NCBI GenBank assembly: GCA_965243205.1
Contig: CBDEUK010000002.1
Span: 928,001-992,000, forward strand
DNA length: 64,000 nt
Origin: Gammaproteobacteria bacterium
GTDB lineage: Bacteria > Pseudomonadota > Gammaproteobacteria > Eutrophobiales > Eutrophobiaceae
Direction of reading: 5' to 3'
A model generated the notes under the pieces. It made no database searches. It worked only from the letters and a program-made list of their open reading frames with translations, and had not been told where the DNA came from. Shown in pieces: positions 1 to 10,234 of this stretch. A program made the translations under genes and the position numbers. The first letter of the stretch is position 1; each line of letters starts with the position of its first letter.

Positions 1-2
1 CG

Positions 3-500
3 AATCAAACAGAATTTACTAAGGGATATCTTTCAAAAATTGAAAATGCAAAAAAATTACCGCCGATAGAAACATTATCAAAAATATCAGCAGCATTAAA
101 CACTGATATATCCTACTTTTTTAATAAAAATGAAGAGCTTACAAGCGACAACGATCACTACTCCATTGTCCGCGCGCAGGAACGAAAAATGGTGGTGCGT
201 GGCGGCTCATCGTTTGGTTATGACTATGAAAGTCTTGCTTATAAGAAAAAAAATAAATCCCTAGAGCCTTTTGTTTTTACATTTCCCAAGGATCATGAAA
301 ACGATGAATATTTCTCTCATGAAGGCGAAGAAATGCTATTTATTTTAAGTGGCACTGTTGAATTTGAGGTCGATAAGGAATCGTTTGTACTTTATGCAGG
401 TGATTGTATTTATATAGACTCGATAGTTAGACACAGAGGTAAAGCATTAGGTGAAGAAGCTAAGGCATTAGTCGTTATCTACCAACCTAACGAAAAATAA
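3..500 (+). CDS. XRE-family HTH + cupin transcriptional regulator (5'-truncated by window edge)
   Basis: Frame is open from base 3 (NQTEFTKGYLSKIENAKKLPPIETLSKISAALN, an XRE HTH) into the cupin motif HEGEEMLFILSG...GDCIYIDSIVRH. Confidence 0.9.
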   Translation, partial: NQTEFTKGYLSKIENAKKLPPIETLSKISAALNTDISYFFNKNEELTSDNDHYSIVRAQERKMVVRGGSSFGYDYESLAYKKKNKSLEPFVFTFPKDHENDEYFSHEGEEMLFILSGTVEFEVDKESFVLYAGDCIYIDSIVRHRGKALGEEAKALVVIYQPNEK

Positions 501-596
501 TAATAAAATTCAATACTTTAAATTTATCATTATTTCGATATAACAAAATATTCACGTTTGAACGGTTGACAACTCCAAGTACTGAGGATATTTTTC

Positions 597-619
597 ATTA
601 GGAAACAATGTTTCCTAAT
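597..619. promoter_or_regulatory. Perfect palindrome, likely operator of the cupin-SDR operon
   Basis: ATTAGGAAACA-A-TGTTTCCTAAT lies downstream of TTGACA (566-571)-N17-TATTTT and just before the RBS of 640. Confidence 0.65.
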
Positions 620-639
620 ATTCAACTCGGGAGAGAGCC

Positions 640-1056
640 ATGACAGTTAAAATCAGCGATAAATTTAAACCTACAATAGGCGGTTCCGTCTATGTCACTC
701 CACAAGAAATGGAATGGCAACCAAGTCAGTTTGAAGGTATTCAAATCAAAGTGCTTTATCAAGATAAGGAAAAAGGTGAAATGACCTGCCTATTAAAATG
801 GGAACCTGGAGCAACATTACCATTCCACAAACATCCTGAAATCGAACAGTCCTACGTTATCGAAGGTTCGTTTTATGATCACGATGGTATTTGTCGTGCT
901 GGTGAATTTGTATGGCGACATGCAGGATCGTTTCATCAAACCCATACAGATGAAGGTTGTGTTATTCTGGCTGTGTATCGAAAACCTAATGTATTTAAAA
1001 ATACTGCTGGTTTTTATAAAGACAATGCTAAAAAAGGTTTTGAAGACGAATCATGA
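640..1056 (+). CDS. ChrR-like (cupin_7) single cupin protein
   Basis: LLKWEPGATLPFHKHPEIEQSYVIEGS...GEFVWRHAGSFHQ motif; GGGAGAG RBS. Confidence 0.8.
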   Translation: MTVKISDKFKPTIGGSVYVTPQEMEWQPSQFEGIQIKVLYQDKEKGEMTCLLKWEPGATLPFHKHPEIEQSYVIEGSFYDHDGICRAGEFVWRHAGSFHQTHTDEGCVILAVYRKPNVFKNTAGFYKDNAKKGFEDES

Positions 1057-1715
1057 GTACAGTATTTATCACAGGTGCTAACAAAGGTATTGGATTAGAG
1101 TTTTGTCGCCAATATAAAAGCAAGGGGTATGATGTTATTGCTACGTGCCGTACCCTTTCTCCAGAATTAAAGTCACTTGATGTTAAGATTATTACTGATA
1201 TTGATGTAGCAGATGAGTCATCAATGCAAACCATTGTTAATGAGCTTAATAATAGTCGTATTGATATCGCCATTAATAATGCTGGTATTATGTTGGAAGA
1301 TAAATTGGAAGCATTCGATCTAGAAGGAATACGTAAACAATTCGAAATTAATGCACTTGCCCCTTTATTGATTACTCACACAATCCTACCGCGACTTGCT
1401 AATCCCTCGAAGCTCATCTTGATAACAAGTCGTATGGGTTCTATTCAAGATAATACCTCTGGTTCTTATTATGGTTACCGAATGTCTAAAACAGCGTTGA
1501 ATATGGCTGGGACTTCTTTATCTCACGATTTAAAAGATAAAGGTGTAGCTGTTGGAATATTACACCCTGGATTTGTAAAAACAGATCTAACTGGTAATAC
1601 AGGACATATTACTGCTGAAGAATCCGTTGCAATGATGATCGATCGTATTAATGAATTGAACATAGAAAACTCTGGAACCTTTTGGCATGCGGATGGGCAG
1701 GTATTGCCTTGGTAG
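1053..1715 (+). CDS. Short-chain dehydrogenase (CsgA/C-factor-like)
   Basis: TGANKGIG, NNAG and YRMSK motifs, HPGFVKTD; ATGA overlap with the upstream gene. Confidence 0.9.
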   Translation: MSTVFITGANKGIGLEFCRQYKSKGYDVIATCRTLSPELKSLDVKIITDIDVADESSMQTIVNELNNSRIDIAINNAGIMLEDKLEAFDLEGIRKQFEINALAPLLITHTILPRLANPSKLILITSRMGSIQDNTSGSYYGYRMSKTALNMAGTSLSHDLKDKGVAVGILHPGFVKTDLTGNTGHITAEESVAMMIDRINELNIENSGTFWHADGQVLPW

Positions 1716-1720
1716 AACAT

Positions 1721-2617
1721 TTATTGTTTAAAATGCTCTACCGTAAAATCAATAAACGCCCTCACCTTTGGTGGTAAATGTTTTTGTCGTTGATAAAGCG
1801 CATAAACAGGTGTTTCTTTTGGAATAGAATGATAATTGGTTAGTACTTCAACTAATTGTCCGCGATTTAATTCTTCATTCACTAACCATTCAGGAACTAA
1901 AATAATACCACTACCGGCTAATGCTGCTGCCACCAATGCTTCTCCATTATTACTATAAAACTTCCCTGCAGTTCGTATTTCAGAAATTGAGTTTTGCTTA
2001 TTTTTAAATTTCCATACATTACTACCAGCATTAGAACGAAACGTTAAGCAATTATGTTCTATCAAATCTTCTGGGGTTTTAGGATGAGCATTTTTTTTAA
2101 AATATTTAGGGCTTGCGCATAATACTCTACGACCCGAAATAATTTTTCGCGCCATTAAACTCGAATCATTTAATGCACCTAATCGAATGGTTAAATCAAT
2201 CCGTTGTTCTATCATGTCCATCACTTGATCAGACGAAATTAAAACCACTTCGACGTTCGGATATTGTTCTTGGAACTTAACAATAATTGGCACGATGTAA
2301 CGTCGAGATAATACGTTTGGAATGTTTAGACGTAACACGCCCGATGGAGAACCATCTAAGTCTGAAATAGCTAGCTTGGCTTCCTCCACATCAGAAATGA
2401 TCCGAACCGCATGTGGGTAATACAATTCACCCGCTTCTGTTAAGCTCAGTTTACGCGTTGTCCTCTGAAATAAAACAACACCTAAGGCATCCTCTAGATC
2501 ATTTATTTGTCTTGAAATCGATGAAGGTGCCACACTTAACTTTCTACCCGCCTCGGAAAAACTGCCGGTTTCAACGACACGAACAAATATTTTCATCGCA
2601 TTCAATGTTTCAGTCAT
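1721..2617 (-). CDS. LysR-family regulator (CrgA-like)
   Basis: FVRVVETGSFSEAGRKL...LEDALGVVLFQRTTRKLSLTEAG HTH; PPKVRAFIDF tail. Confidence 0.95.
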   Translation of the reverse strand: MTETLNAMKIFVRVVETGSFSEAGRKLSVAPSSISRQINDLEDALGVVLFQRTTRKLSLTEAGELYYPHAVRIISDVEEAKLAISDLDGSPSGVLRLNIPNVLSRRYIVPIIVKFQEQYPNVEVVLISSDQVMDMIEQRIDLTIRLGALNDSSLMARKIISGRRVLCASPKYFKKNAHPKTPEDLIEHNCLTFRSNAGSNVWKFKNKQNSISEIRTAGKFYSNNGEALVAAALAGSGIILVPEWLVNEELNRGQLVEVLTNYHSIPKETPVYALYQRQKHLPPKVRAFIDFTVEHFKQ

Positions 2618-2627
2618 TTTTCACCTT

Positions 2628-2640
2628 TGCGTTTTATGCA
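2628..2640. promoter_or_regulatory. Putative LysR T-N11-A box
   Basis: TGC-GTTTTAT-GCA in the divergent LysR/GST intergenic region. Confidence 0.45.
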
Positions 2641-2722
2641 TAAGTATTTATATGATTTTATTATTTTTCAGAAAGAAAAAAAAGTCTAAGCTTCTTACTA
2701 TCAAGAAACGTGAGAAAAAACC

Positions 2723-3379
2723 ATGATCGATTTGTATTTTTGGAAAACGCCGAATGGCTACAAGATATTAATGTATTTAGAAGAAGCTCAAATGCCTTAC
2801 CGCATTATCCCTATTGATATCAATAAGGGTGAACAATTTGAACCGAGCTTTTTAGCGATCTCGCCTAATAATAAGATTCCTGCAATCGTGGATCATGAAT
2901 CAAGTGCAATAGATAAACCTATGGCGGTTTTTGAATCCGGCGCCATATTGTTGTACTTAGCCGAAAAATATCAACAGTTTTTGCCCAACAGTGAACCTCA
3001 ACGCAGCCAAGTATTGCAATGGTTATTTTGGCAAATGAGTGCACTAGGTCCTATGGCAGGTCAGAATTTACATTTTATTCACTCTGCACCTAACAACGAA
3101 CCTTACTCTAAAGAGCGATTTAACGGTGAAACAAAACGTTTATTTAGCGTAATAGATAAACAACTAGCTTCAAATGAATATCTTGCTGGGCAATATTCAA
3201 TAGCGGATATAGCGACCTACCCTTGGATAAAAATCCATGAGGCTTTAGAAATTAATTTACATGAATTTCCAAATGTACATCGTTGGTGGAAACAAATTCA
3301 TTCAAGACCAGCTGTTATCAATGCATACAAAATTGGCAATGCAATTAACCAAACAACAACTGAGAAAATAGCTGTTTAA
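2723..3379 (+). CDS. Glutathione S-transferase, YfcG/Ure2p-like
   Basis: MIDLYFWKTPNGYK, ISPNNKIPAIVD, FESGAILLYLAEK, SIADIATYPW. Confidence 0.92.
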   Translation: MIDLYFWKTPNGYKILMYLEEAQMPYRIIPIDINKGEQFEPSFLAISPNNKIPAIVDHESSAIDKPMAVFESGAILLYLAEKYQQFLPNSEPQRSQVLQWLFWQMSALGPMAGQNLHFIHSAPNNEPYSKERFNGETKRLFSVIDKQLASNEYLAGQYSIADIATYPWIKIHEALEINLHEFPNVHRWWKQIHSRPAVINAYKIGNAINQTTTEKIAV

Positions 3380-3555
3380 AGGAAAGATTATGAATATCAA
3401 TAATGTTAACAATCATATATTTGAGTCAATTGATAAAAAAAATGATTGTTCAAATATTAAAGAGTTTGAATTGTTTTTGGGTAACCCTAGTTTTCCATTA
3501 GTTGATTCACACTTAACAGAAATATTAATTACTACGTCAATGAAAAGGTGTAAAC

Positions 3556-4167
3556 ATGAAATTATATGAATACGAAGCATTCCCTAATCCACGTCGAGTT
3601 AGAATGTTCTTAGCTGAAAAAGGCATTGATATAGAAAGGGTTCAAGTTGATGTACCGGCAGGTCAACATCGTACATCTGAATTTTTAGAAAAAAATCCAG
3701 ATGCAGCAGTACCGTTTTTAGAACTCGATAACGGTGAATACATCAGTGAAACCGTTGCAATATCTCGTTACTTCGAAGAGTTACATCCTGAACCAGCTTT
3801 GATGGGAAAAACCCCAGAAGAATCTGCCAAGATTGAAATGTGGCAACGTAAAGCTGAAAACTCTTTAATGCAATGTGCAGCAACGTATTTTCATCATGGA
3901 ACAGATGGACTTGGAGAAAGTGATCGTTATCGCAATAAAGAATGGGGAGAAAAAAATCGAGACGACATTGTAACTGCTATGAATAAACTGGATAAACAAT
4001 TAGCAACGAATTCTTTTGTGGCTGGTAACGCTTTTTCTATAGCAGACATTACAGCTTTATGTTCTATTGATTTTGCTAAGGCAATAGGTATCTCTATTCC
4101 AGATGAATGCACACATCTACAACGTTGGTATAAAGAAATTAGTCAACGAGATAGTGCATCGGCATAA
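3556..4167 (+). CDS. Glutathione S-transferase (Gtt2-like)
   Basis: FPNPRRVRMFLAEKG, VPFLELDNGEYISETVAISRY, FSIADITA. Confidence 0.92.
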   Translation: MKLYEYEAFPNPRRVRMFLAEKGIDIERVQVDVPAGQHRTSEFLEKNPDAAVPFLELDNGEYISETVAISRYFEELHPEPALMGKTPEESAKIEMWQRKAENSLMQCAATYFHHGTDGLGESDRYRNKEWGEKNRDDIVTAMNKLDKQLATNSFVAGNAFSIADITALCSIDFAKAIGISIPDECTHLQRWYKEISQRDSASA

Positions 4168-4192
4168 GCTATAGTTCTATAGGAGAATTCAA

Positions 4193-4846
4193 ATGCAAAT
4201 ACATGCTGACTTATCAAAACGCGCTGTTGTAAACAGTAATGAATTATCATGGATCGACTCTCCTCTTCCTGGTGTCCAACGACGTATGTTAGAACGCGAT
4301 GGTGAAGAAGTTGCACGTGCTACATCAATTGTACGTTATGCAGAGAATTCTCATTTTAGTCCGCATATGCATGGCGGTGGTGAAGAATTTTTTGTATTAG
4401 ATGGAGTTTTCTCAGATGAAATGGGAGATTTCCCAAAAGGTATGTATGTACGTAATCCTGTAGGTTCTAAGCACCAACCATTTAGTGAAAACGGAGCAAT
4501 TATTTTAGTAAAGCTGCATCAATTCGATCCCGACGATCAAAAGTACGTTCGAATAGATACAAACACAGCAGATTGGTATCCAGGCCAAGTAGAAGGGTTA
4601 GAAGTAATGCCATTACATTCTTATAAATCAGAAGAAGTGGCTCTTGTAAAATGGGCTGCCGGAACTCGATTTAATCCTCATCAACATAGTAGAGGCGAAG
4701 AGATCTTTGTGCTTGAAGGAACATTTGCTGATGAAAACGGTGTTTATCCTAAAGGAACCTGGATACGTAATCCTCCAGGTTCAACTCATACTCCATATTC
4801 TGATGAAGGTTGTCTTATCTATGTAAAAACTGGACATCTATCATAA
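4193..4846 (+). CDS. Tandem ChrR-like cupin protein
   Basis: Two cupin halves: HMHGGGEEFFVLDG and HQHSRGEEIFVLEG; YVKTGHL end. Confidence 0.9.
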   Translation: MQIHADLSKRAVVNSNELSWIDSPLPGVQRRMLERDGEEVARATSIVRYAENSHFSPHMHGGGEEFFVLDGVFSDEMGDFPKGMYVRNPVGSKHQPFSENGAIILVKLHQFDPDDQKYVRIDTNTADWYPGQVEGLEVMPLHSYKSEEVALVKWAAGTRFNPHQHSRGEEIFVLEGTFADENGVYPKGTWIRNPPGSTHTPYSDEGCLIYVKTGHLS

Positions 4847-4864
4847 CAAAATAGGTATCTAACT

Positions 4865-5182
4865 ATGAATAAGAAACTATTAATATCTACTATTGTAATC
4901 GTACTATTTAGTTTTGGATGCAGTGATTATCAATCAGGTTACCAAGATGGTTACGAAGGCATGGAACAACGATGGACTTTATTTGGCTACGATGAATATT
5001 CCAATGGTTATCAAATAGGAAAAGCCGATAAGTTTCAAGAAGATTGGGAATCAGAGAATGCTATTGATATTGATGATGAATTATTACAATGTCGTGATAT
5101 ATTTTTTGAAGTAAATCATACAAATTTTTCATTACAAAATTATACAAAATCTTCTGGTAATGTTTATTCGTTGAAAAAATAG
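4865..5182 (+). CDS. Hypothetical lipoprotein
   Basis: Signal peptide ending FSFGC; GYQDGY repeat-like segment. Confidence 0.6.
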   Translation: MNKKLLISTIVIVLFSFGCSDYQSGYQDGYEGMEQRWTLFGYDEYSNGYQIGKADKFQEDWESENAIDIDDELLQCRDIFFEVNHTNFSLQNYTKSSGNVYSLKK

Positions 5183-5229
5183 TCTCGCTATTAATCTCCA
5201 ATTTTTTTTATGCATTGCATAATTGCTTA

Positions 5230-6135
5230 TTATTGATATTTTTTTTCTGCGATATAGATATCCAAACCTCCTTCGCCTCCAATACGATCAGATGGGAAAT
5301 AGATAATTCGTCCGTTATCAAATGGTGCCGGTAATTGTTCATCATATGATGTATTGATTGATGCACCTAGGTTAACTGGTGTTTGCCAATTGCCATCAGT
5401 ATCTCTTTCAGAATGCCATATATCACTTCCACCATAACCTCCTTTTCTAGAAGTCCAGACATAACCTGATTTCGGATCCAAATGTCCATCAAACTTAGGA
5501 CTGTTTATAGATGATAATATTTCAGCCTCAGAATATTTATTCGTTTTAGGATCAAATCTTATACGCCAGGCATCTAAATGACCAATACTGCCTTTACGAT
5601 TACTTACAAAATAAAGATGAACTAAATTCGAAGTTTCTTCGGTATGATATATAACACAAACATCATGATCGCTTGTATTGACATCGCAACCTAGATTTTG
5701 AGGTTTTCCCCAAGCCAGTTCATCATTTAAATCTTCACGATAAGACTTAAAAATATCCAAACCACCACAAGTATCTAATTGATTGCTTGAAAAATACAAC
5801 CATTTACCATCATCGGAAAAACTGACACTATGCTCTGTTCCACTCGTATTAATATGGCTAGGCAATAAACGTGGCTCGCCCCATTCATCAGTAAGGTTTT
5901 GTCGCGTTGATACATAAATATTCCAATCATCATCATCGCCATCTATTCTCCTACGTGAGAAATATAAATTTAATCCATCATCTGTGATCGCTGGAAAAGC
6001 CTCATCATGTATTGTATTGATCGATTTTCCTAGATTTGTAACTATCCATGAATGCTGATCCTCAGCAGAAATATTGCTTGAGAAAAAATATGAACTGCAA
6101 ATAATAAATAGTTTAAATCGCATAATATTGTTCAT
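5230..6135 (-). CDS. Secreted PD40/WD40-like beta-propeller protein
   Basis: Repeats NLGxxINT...P.I..DG..LYFSS.R.GG.G..DIY; signal peptide; no OmpA domain. Confidence 0.8.
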   Translation of the reverse strand: MNNIMRFKLFIICSSYFFSSNISAEDQHSWIVTNLGKSINTIHDEAFPAITDDGLNLYFSRRRIDGDDDDWNIYVSTRQNLTDEWGEPRLLPSHINTSGTEHSVSFSDDGKWLYFSSNQLDTCGGLDIFKSYREDLNDELAWGKPQNLGCDVNTSDHDVCVIYHTEETSNLVHLYFVSNRKGSIGHLDAWRIRFDPKTNKYSEAEILSSINSPKFDGHLDPKSGYVWTSRKGGYGGSDIWHSERDTDGNWQTPVNLGASINTSYDEQLPAPFDNGRIIYFPSDRIGGEGGLDIYIAEKKYQ

Positions 6136-6162
6136 TATTAATTAAACACGCTTATTCTACTT

Positions 6163-7014
6163 TTAATCTTTCAACACATACTGTTTAGCGATAGTAACAA
6201 TGAAAATTCCACCTAAAACAAGAAATGATGAAATTATTAATTTTATAGTAATAATTTCATTTGAAAAAAGTACGCCACCAAATGCAGCTATAATAGGAAC
6301 TGTTAATTGGACAATCGCTGCTTGAGTGATTGTTAAATCTTCAAGTACGGAATACCAAATGGCATATCCTAAACCTGATGTTATTGCACCCGATATAATC
6401 GCCAAAATGATTCCTTGAAAAGATATCTGCACATTATCTAACGTTAAAAGCGTCATTAAGACAATAAAAGGAAGTGTCTTCAAAAAATTATTTGTTGTAT
6501 CAATAATTGGTTCTTTTGACGCTTTTCCCACTAATGTATAACAACCCCATGCTATTCCTGAAATAGTCATATACATAAAAGCAATTAAAGGTGGTGCTGA
6601 AGCTTCAGGTAACAAAAGAATACATAAACCAAAAAATGCTATGAATAACCCTAGCCATTCTATTAGAAGTAATTTTTTTCCTTTCAAAAAGTCAGACGTA
6701 ATCAATGTTACTTGAACTGAACCAAACAATATTAACGCACCTGTTCCCGTATCTAATGAGATATATGAATATGAAAATGCGATGGCATATATAAATAAAA
6801 AAAATGCAGGTAACCAATCATTGTTTTTAAACAGAATATTTTCTTTATTTTGTATTATAACTAACAATAATAAAAAAATAATACCTGAAAATAATCTGAT
6901 TGAAGTAAAACTGAAGGCATCAATCACATCTTTATTTAGAGCTAAACGACATAGAATAGAATTACCAGCAAATGCCAATAATGCTAGAGCCGTTAATGAT
7001 ATTGTTTTAATCAC
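6163..7014 (-). CDS. DMT/EamA family transporter
   Basis: About 10 hydrophobic helices; AFAGNSILCRLAL, SGLGYAIWY, QLTVPIIAAFGG. Confidence 0.9.
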   Translation of the reverse strand: MIKTISLTALALLAFAGNSILCRLALNKDVIDAFSFTSIRLFSGIIFLLLLVIIQNKENILFKNNDWLPAFFLFIYAIAFSYSYISLDTGTGALILFGSVQVTLITSDFLKGKKLLLIEWLGLFIAFFGLCILLLPEASAPPLIAFMYMTISGIAWGCYTLVGKASKEPIIDTTNNFLKTLPFIVLMTLLTLDNVQISFQGIILAIISGAITSGLGYAIWYSVLEDLTITQAAIVQLTVPIIAAFGGVLFSNEIITIKLIISSFLVLGGIFIVTIAKQYVLKD

Positions 7015-7591
7015 TCTTTGTATTTAAATAATGATTCGCTGCTTTAGCACGATTACCGCAGATTTCCATACTACACCAACGTCGTTTTCTTGAACGCGAT
7101 GTATCTAAAAACATTAGGATACATTTAGGATTTGAGCATTTTTTTATTTGCTCCGTTTGCTTTGATGAAAGTAAAAGTGCCGCATCATGTGCAATGCGAC
7201 CAAGCAATATTTCCAGTGATAAATTTTCTTTTGCGGGATTTAAGACTAATTTGCCTTTTACATTTTTCAATTGTTGTTCATCTTTAAACAATAACAATAT
7301 CTCATTAATTTTTGCCAAGGCATTTCGAGGTATAGACTTGTTGTCAATTCCTGCAACAAATAATTCTTTGAGCGCTTTTCGAAAACTCAGGACGTTTTCC
7401 AGATCCAAATTTTCGATCTTATTATCTTCCATTGATATTCCGGCTCCGTGAGCCCATTGAATGAGGTCTTTAGTAGTTTTTAGTAAATCAATGACCTCGC
7501 CACGATCTACGATTTCAGTATTGATGAAGTCAATGGCGAGGTTATTTCCTACGTATTGAAAGCTATATTCTTGCGATTTCATTCTAACCAT
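7007..7591 (-). CDS. ABATE/CGNR zinc-finger putative regulator (start probably 7591 or 7582, not 7627)
   Basis: LAIDFINT N-terminus; CSNPKC...FLDTSRSRKRRWCSMEICGNRAK. Confidence 0.9.
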   Translation of the reverse strand: MVRMKSQEYSFQYVGNNLAIDFINTEIVDRGEVIDLLKTTKDLIQWAHGAGISMEDNKIENLDLENVLSFRKALKELFVAGIDNKSIPRNALAKINEILLLFKDEQQLKNVKGKLVLNPAKENLSLEILLGRIAHDAALLLSSKQTEQIKKCSNPKCILMFLDTSRSRKRRWCSMEICGNRAKAANHYLNTKSD

Positions 7592-7659
7592 TATAAATAC
7601 ACTTGACAGGTTATACAAGATCTGCAAATATAACCGTTATATTAAACTTTTAACGGTTA
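7585..7659. promoter_or_regulatory. Two TAACC-N19-GGTTA inverted repeats
   Basis: 7585-7613 and 7631-7659 (the second extends to TAACCGTTA-N11-TAACGGTTA), between the divergent CGNR gene and the hydrolases. Confidence 0.65.
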
Positions 7660-7677
7660 GTTAATGGAGGCATTAAA

Positions 7678-8631
7678 ATGCATACAATTTCAAAATATTT
7701 AACAATCCTGCTAGCAGGATTCATATTAATCAGTAATCAAGTTTCAGCATACGCAAAAACAAACGACGTTCGATATGGTTATGAAACGATTGATAATCAA
7801 GAAATATTTTTCAGGGAAGCAGGCGATCCAACAAAACCAGTTGTTATTTTGCTGCATGGTTTCCCCACATCATCACATATGTATAGAGAAGTGTTACAAG
7901 CACTCTCAGATGACTATTATTTAATTGCCCCAGATTATCCTGGCTTTGGTCATAGCAGCTTCCCAAGTGTTAATGAATACACCTATACCTTTGATAACAT
8001 CGCCGAAACGATTGATAAATTTCTAATTAAACGTGGCTTGGATAAATACGTATTAATGATTCAAGATTACGGTGCGCCTATCGGCTTTCGTATTGCCACC
8101 AAACATCCTGAAAAAGTAGCCGGCTTTGTTGTAATGAATGGTAATGCGTATGAAGAAGGTCTTTCACCTGAAGGTTGGGCACCAATCATGAAATATTGGG
8201 AAAATAAAAATAACCCTGAATTAGAACAAACAATTGCTGCAAATGTATTCAGTGATGAAGGGCTAAAATGGCAATATACACATGGTACCCGCAACCCAGA
8301 ACGTATTAATCCTGACAATTGGAATTTGGATATCGCTAAATTTGCACGAGATGGTCAACATCGCATGCAGCTTGATATGTTTTACGATTATCAAAATAAC
8401 GTAAAGTTGTATCCACAATGGCAACAATACTTACGTGAAAACCAACCACCGATGTTAATTGTTTGGGGTAAAAACGATGCTTTCTTTCCGGTACCGGGAG
8501 CAGAAGCTTATAAACGAGATGTAAAAGATATTGATTACAATATTCTAGATACAGGTCACTTTGCTTTGGAAGAAGAAAGTGAATTTATCATCGCTAAAAT
8601 GCGACATTTTTTAAAAACTAAAGTGAAATAA
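7678..8631 (+). CDS. Secreted alpha/beta hydrolase (epoxide hydrolase/dehalogenase-like)
   Basis: LLHGFPTSSHMYR, QDYGAPIG (Asp nucleophile), DTGHFALE; signal peptide. Confidence 0.9.
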   Translation: MHTISKYLTILLAGFILISNQVSAYAKTNDVRYGYETIDNQEIFFREAGDPTKPVVILLHGFPTSSHMYREVLQALSDDYYLIAPDYPGFGHSSFPSVNEYTYTFDNIAETIDKFLIKRGLDKYVLMIQDYGAPIGFRIATKHPEKVAGFVVMNGNAYEEGLSPEGWAPIMKYWENKNNPELEQTIAANVFSDEGLKWQYTHGTRNPERINPDNWNLDIAKFARDGQHRMQLDMFYDYQNNVKLYPQWQQYLRENQPPMLIVWGKNDAFFPVPGAEAYKRDVKDIDYNILDTGHFALEEESEFIIAKMRHFLKTKVK

Positions 8632-8635
8632 AATT

Positions 8636-9607
8636 ATGCGTATTTCTCTATTGTTTATAATTATATTTGTGTCATTCTCTGGATTGGCACAAACATTATC
8701 TTCCATCGAAGCGACATGGCCTGCAAAAACCTACTACCGTAATATTGATGTTAATGGTCATAACATTTTCTATCGCGAAGCAGGTGATCCAAAAAATCCT
8801 ACCATTTTATTTTTACATGGTTACCCTTCTTCATCACATATGTATCGGAAACTGATTCCTCTGTTATCAGGTCGTTTTCATATTATCGTACCTGATAACC
8901 TTGGTTCAGGTCATAGTGATAAACCCGATCCAGATAAGCTCACTTACACCTTTGATCGATTAGCAGATGTGATCGAAGAGTTTGTTAAAGTAAAAAAGCT
9001 TGAAAAGTATTCAATCTACATGCAAGACTTTGGCGCACCTGTTGGCTTTCGTTTAATGTTACGTCAACCACAACGATTAGAAGCATTAATAACACAAAAT
9101 GGTAATGCCTATCTTGATGGACTAACCCCACCACGCCAAGCATTTTTTAAAAACGCACATATAGATAGATCAGATAAAATGATACAAATGCTTTATGCTT
9201 TTACTAGTACTGACGGTATCAAACAAAAACAATATTTACGTGATGTAAAAGACCGAGAAGACATTATGAGTCCAGATAGTTGGACCTATGATTTACATTT
9301 CCTACAAACAGAAAAACAACGTAAGATACAAGTACAACTCTTACAAGACTATTACACTAACCTACTTGCATACCCCAAATGGCAAGCATTTTTAAGACAA
9401 CATCAACCACCAACATTATTAGTTTGGGGTAAAAACGATCCCGCTTTTATCGCTGCAGGCGCAGAAGCCTATTTACGAGATGTACCCAATGCAGAACTGC
9501 ACCTGCTTGATGCTGGGCATTTTGCTATGGAAGAAAAACCCGTTGAGATCGCAAAGCACATCACCAGATTTATGATATTGAATTTTGAAGAGTATTCAAA
9601 TGACTAA
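8636..9607 (+). CDS. Secreted alpha/beta hydrolase, paralog of the preceding gene
   Basis: LHGYPSSSHMYR, QDFGAPVG, DAGHFAME. Confidence 0.9.
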   Translation: MRISLLFIIIFVSFSGLAQTLSSIEATWPAKTYYRNIDVNGHNIFYREAGDPKNPTILFLHGYPSSSHMYRKLIPLLSGRFHIIVPDNLGSGHSDKPDPDKLTYTFDRLADVIEEFVKVKKLEKYSIYMQDFGAPVGFRLMLRQPQRLEALITQNGNAYLDGLTPPRQAFFKNAHIDRSDKMIQMLYAFTSTDGIKQKQYLRDVKDREDIMSPDSWTYDLHFLQTEKQRKIQVQLLQDYYTNLLAYPKWQAFLRQHQPPTLLVWGKNDPAFIAAGAEAYLRDVPNAELHLLDAGHFAMEEKPVEIAKHITRFMILNFEEYSND

Positions 9608-10118
9608 AAAGAGGCAGTTCGCTTTCTAAATCAAGAAGTTTCTCTTTTGTATTGATTCCTCCTGCATACCCAACCATTTTACCGTCTTTACCTATTACCC
9701 TATGACATGGAATTAATATACTGATTGAGTTTGCACCATTTGCATTCGCAACTGCCCTAACCAGTTTTTTATCTCCTAAATTCTCAGCTAATATAGAATA
9801 TGTAGAGGTAGAACCATATGAAATTTTCAGTAATTCATTCCATACTTTTTTTTGAAAAATACTTCCAACCATTAATAATGGAATATCAAATTGTTTTCTA
9901 TTTTGTTCAAAATATTCTTCGAGTTGTTCAACGACTGAATCAAACAAATCAAATTTGTGTAATACATATTCACTATTCAAAATAGAATTGATCCGATTAT
10001 CGATAGTGTTTCTATTTTTTCGATAACGCCAATCACATAAACATAATTTTCTATTGTATGAACCCAATATGAGTTCACCCACTCTAGATTTATAAAATTG
10101 TATCAATATTTTATTCAT
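9570..10118 (-). CDS. ogt: Methylated-DNA--protein-cysteine methyltransferase
   Basis: IPCHRVIG active-site motif; FQKKVW...RAVANANGAN. Confidence 0.92.
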   Translation of the reverse strand: MNKILIQFYKSRVGELILGSYNRKLCLCDWRYRKNRNTIDNRINSILNSEYVLHKFDLFDSVVEQLEEYFEQNRKQFDIPLLMVGSIFQKKVWNELLKISYGSTSTYSILAENLGDKKLVRAVANANGANSISILIPCHRVIGKDGKMVGYAGGINTKEKLLDLESELPLFSHLNTLQNSIS

Positions 10119-10234
10119 TAAAATAATCAGGATGAATTAGAGATAAAAAATATTATTTTTTATTTAATAACTTAATGAATTATAACGATTAATTAATGAA
10201 AATTTCTAAAGATTATTAAAAAATAATCGATATA

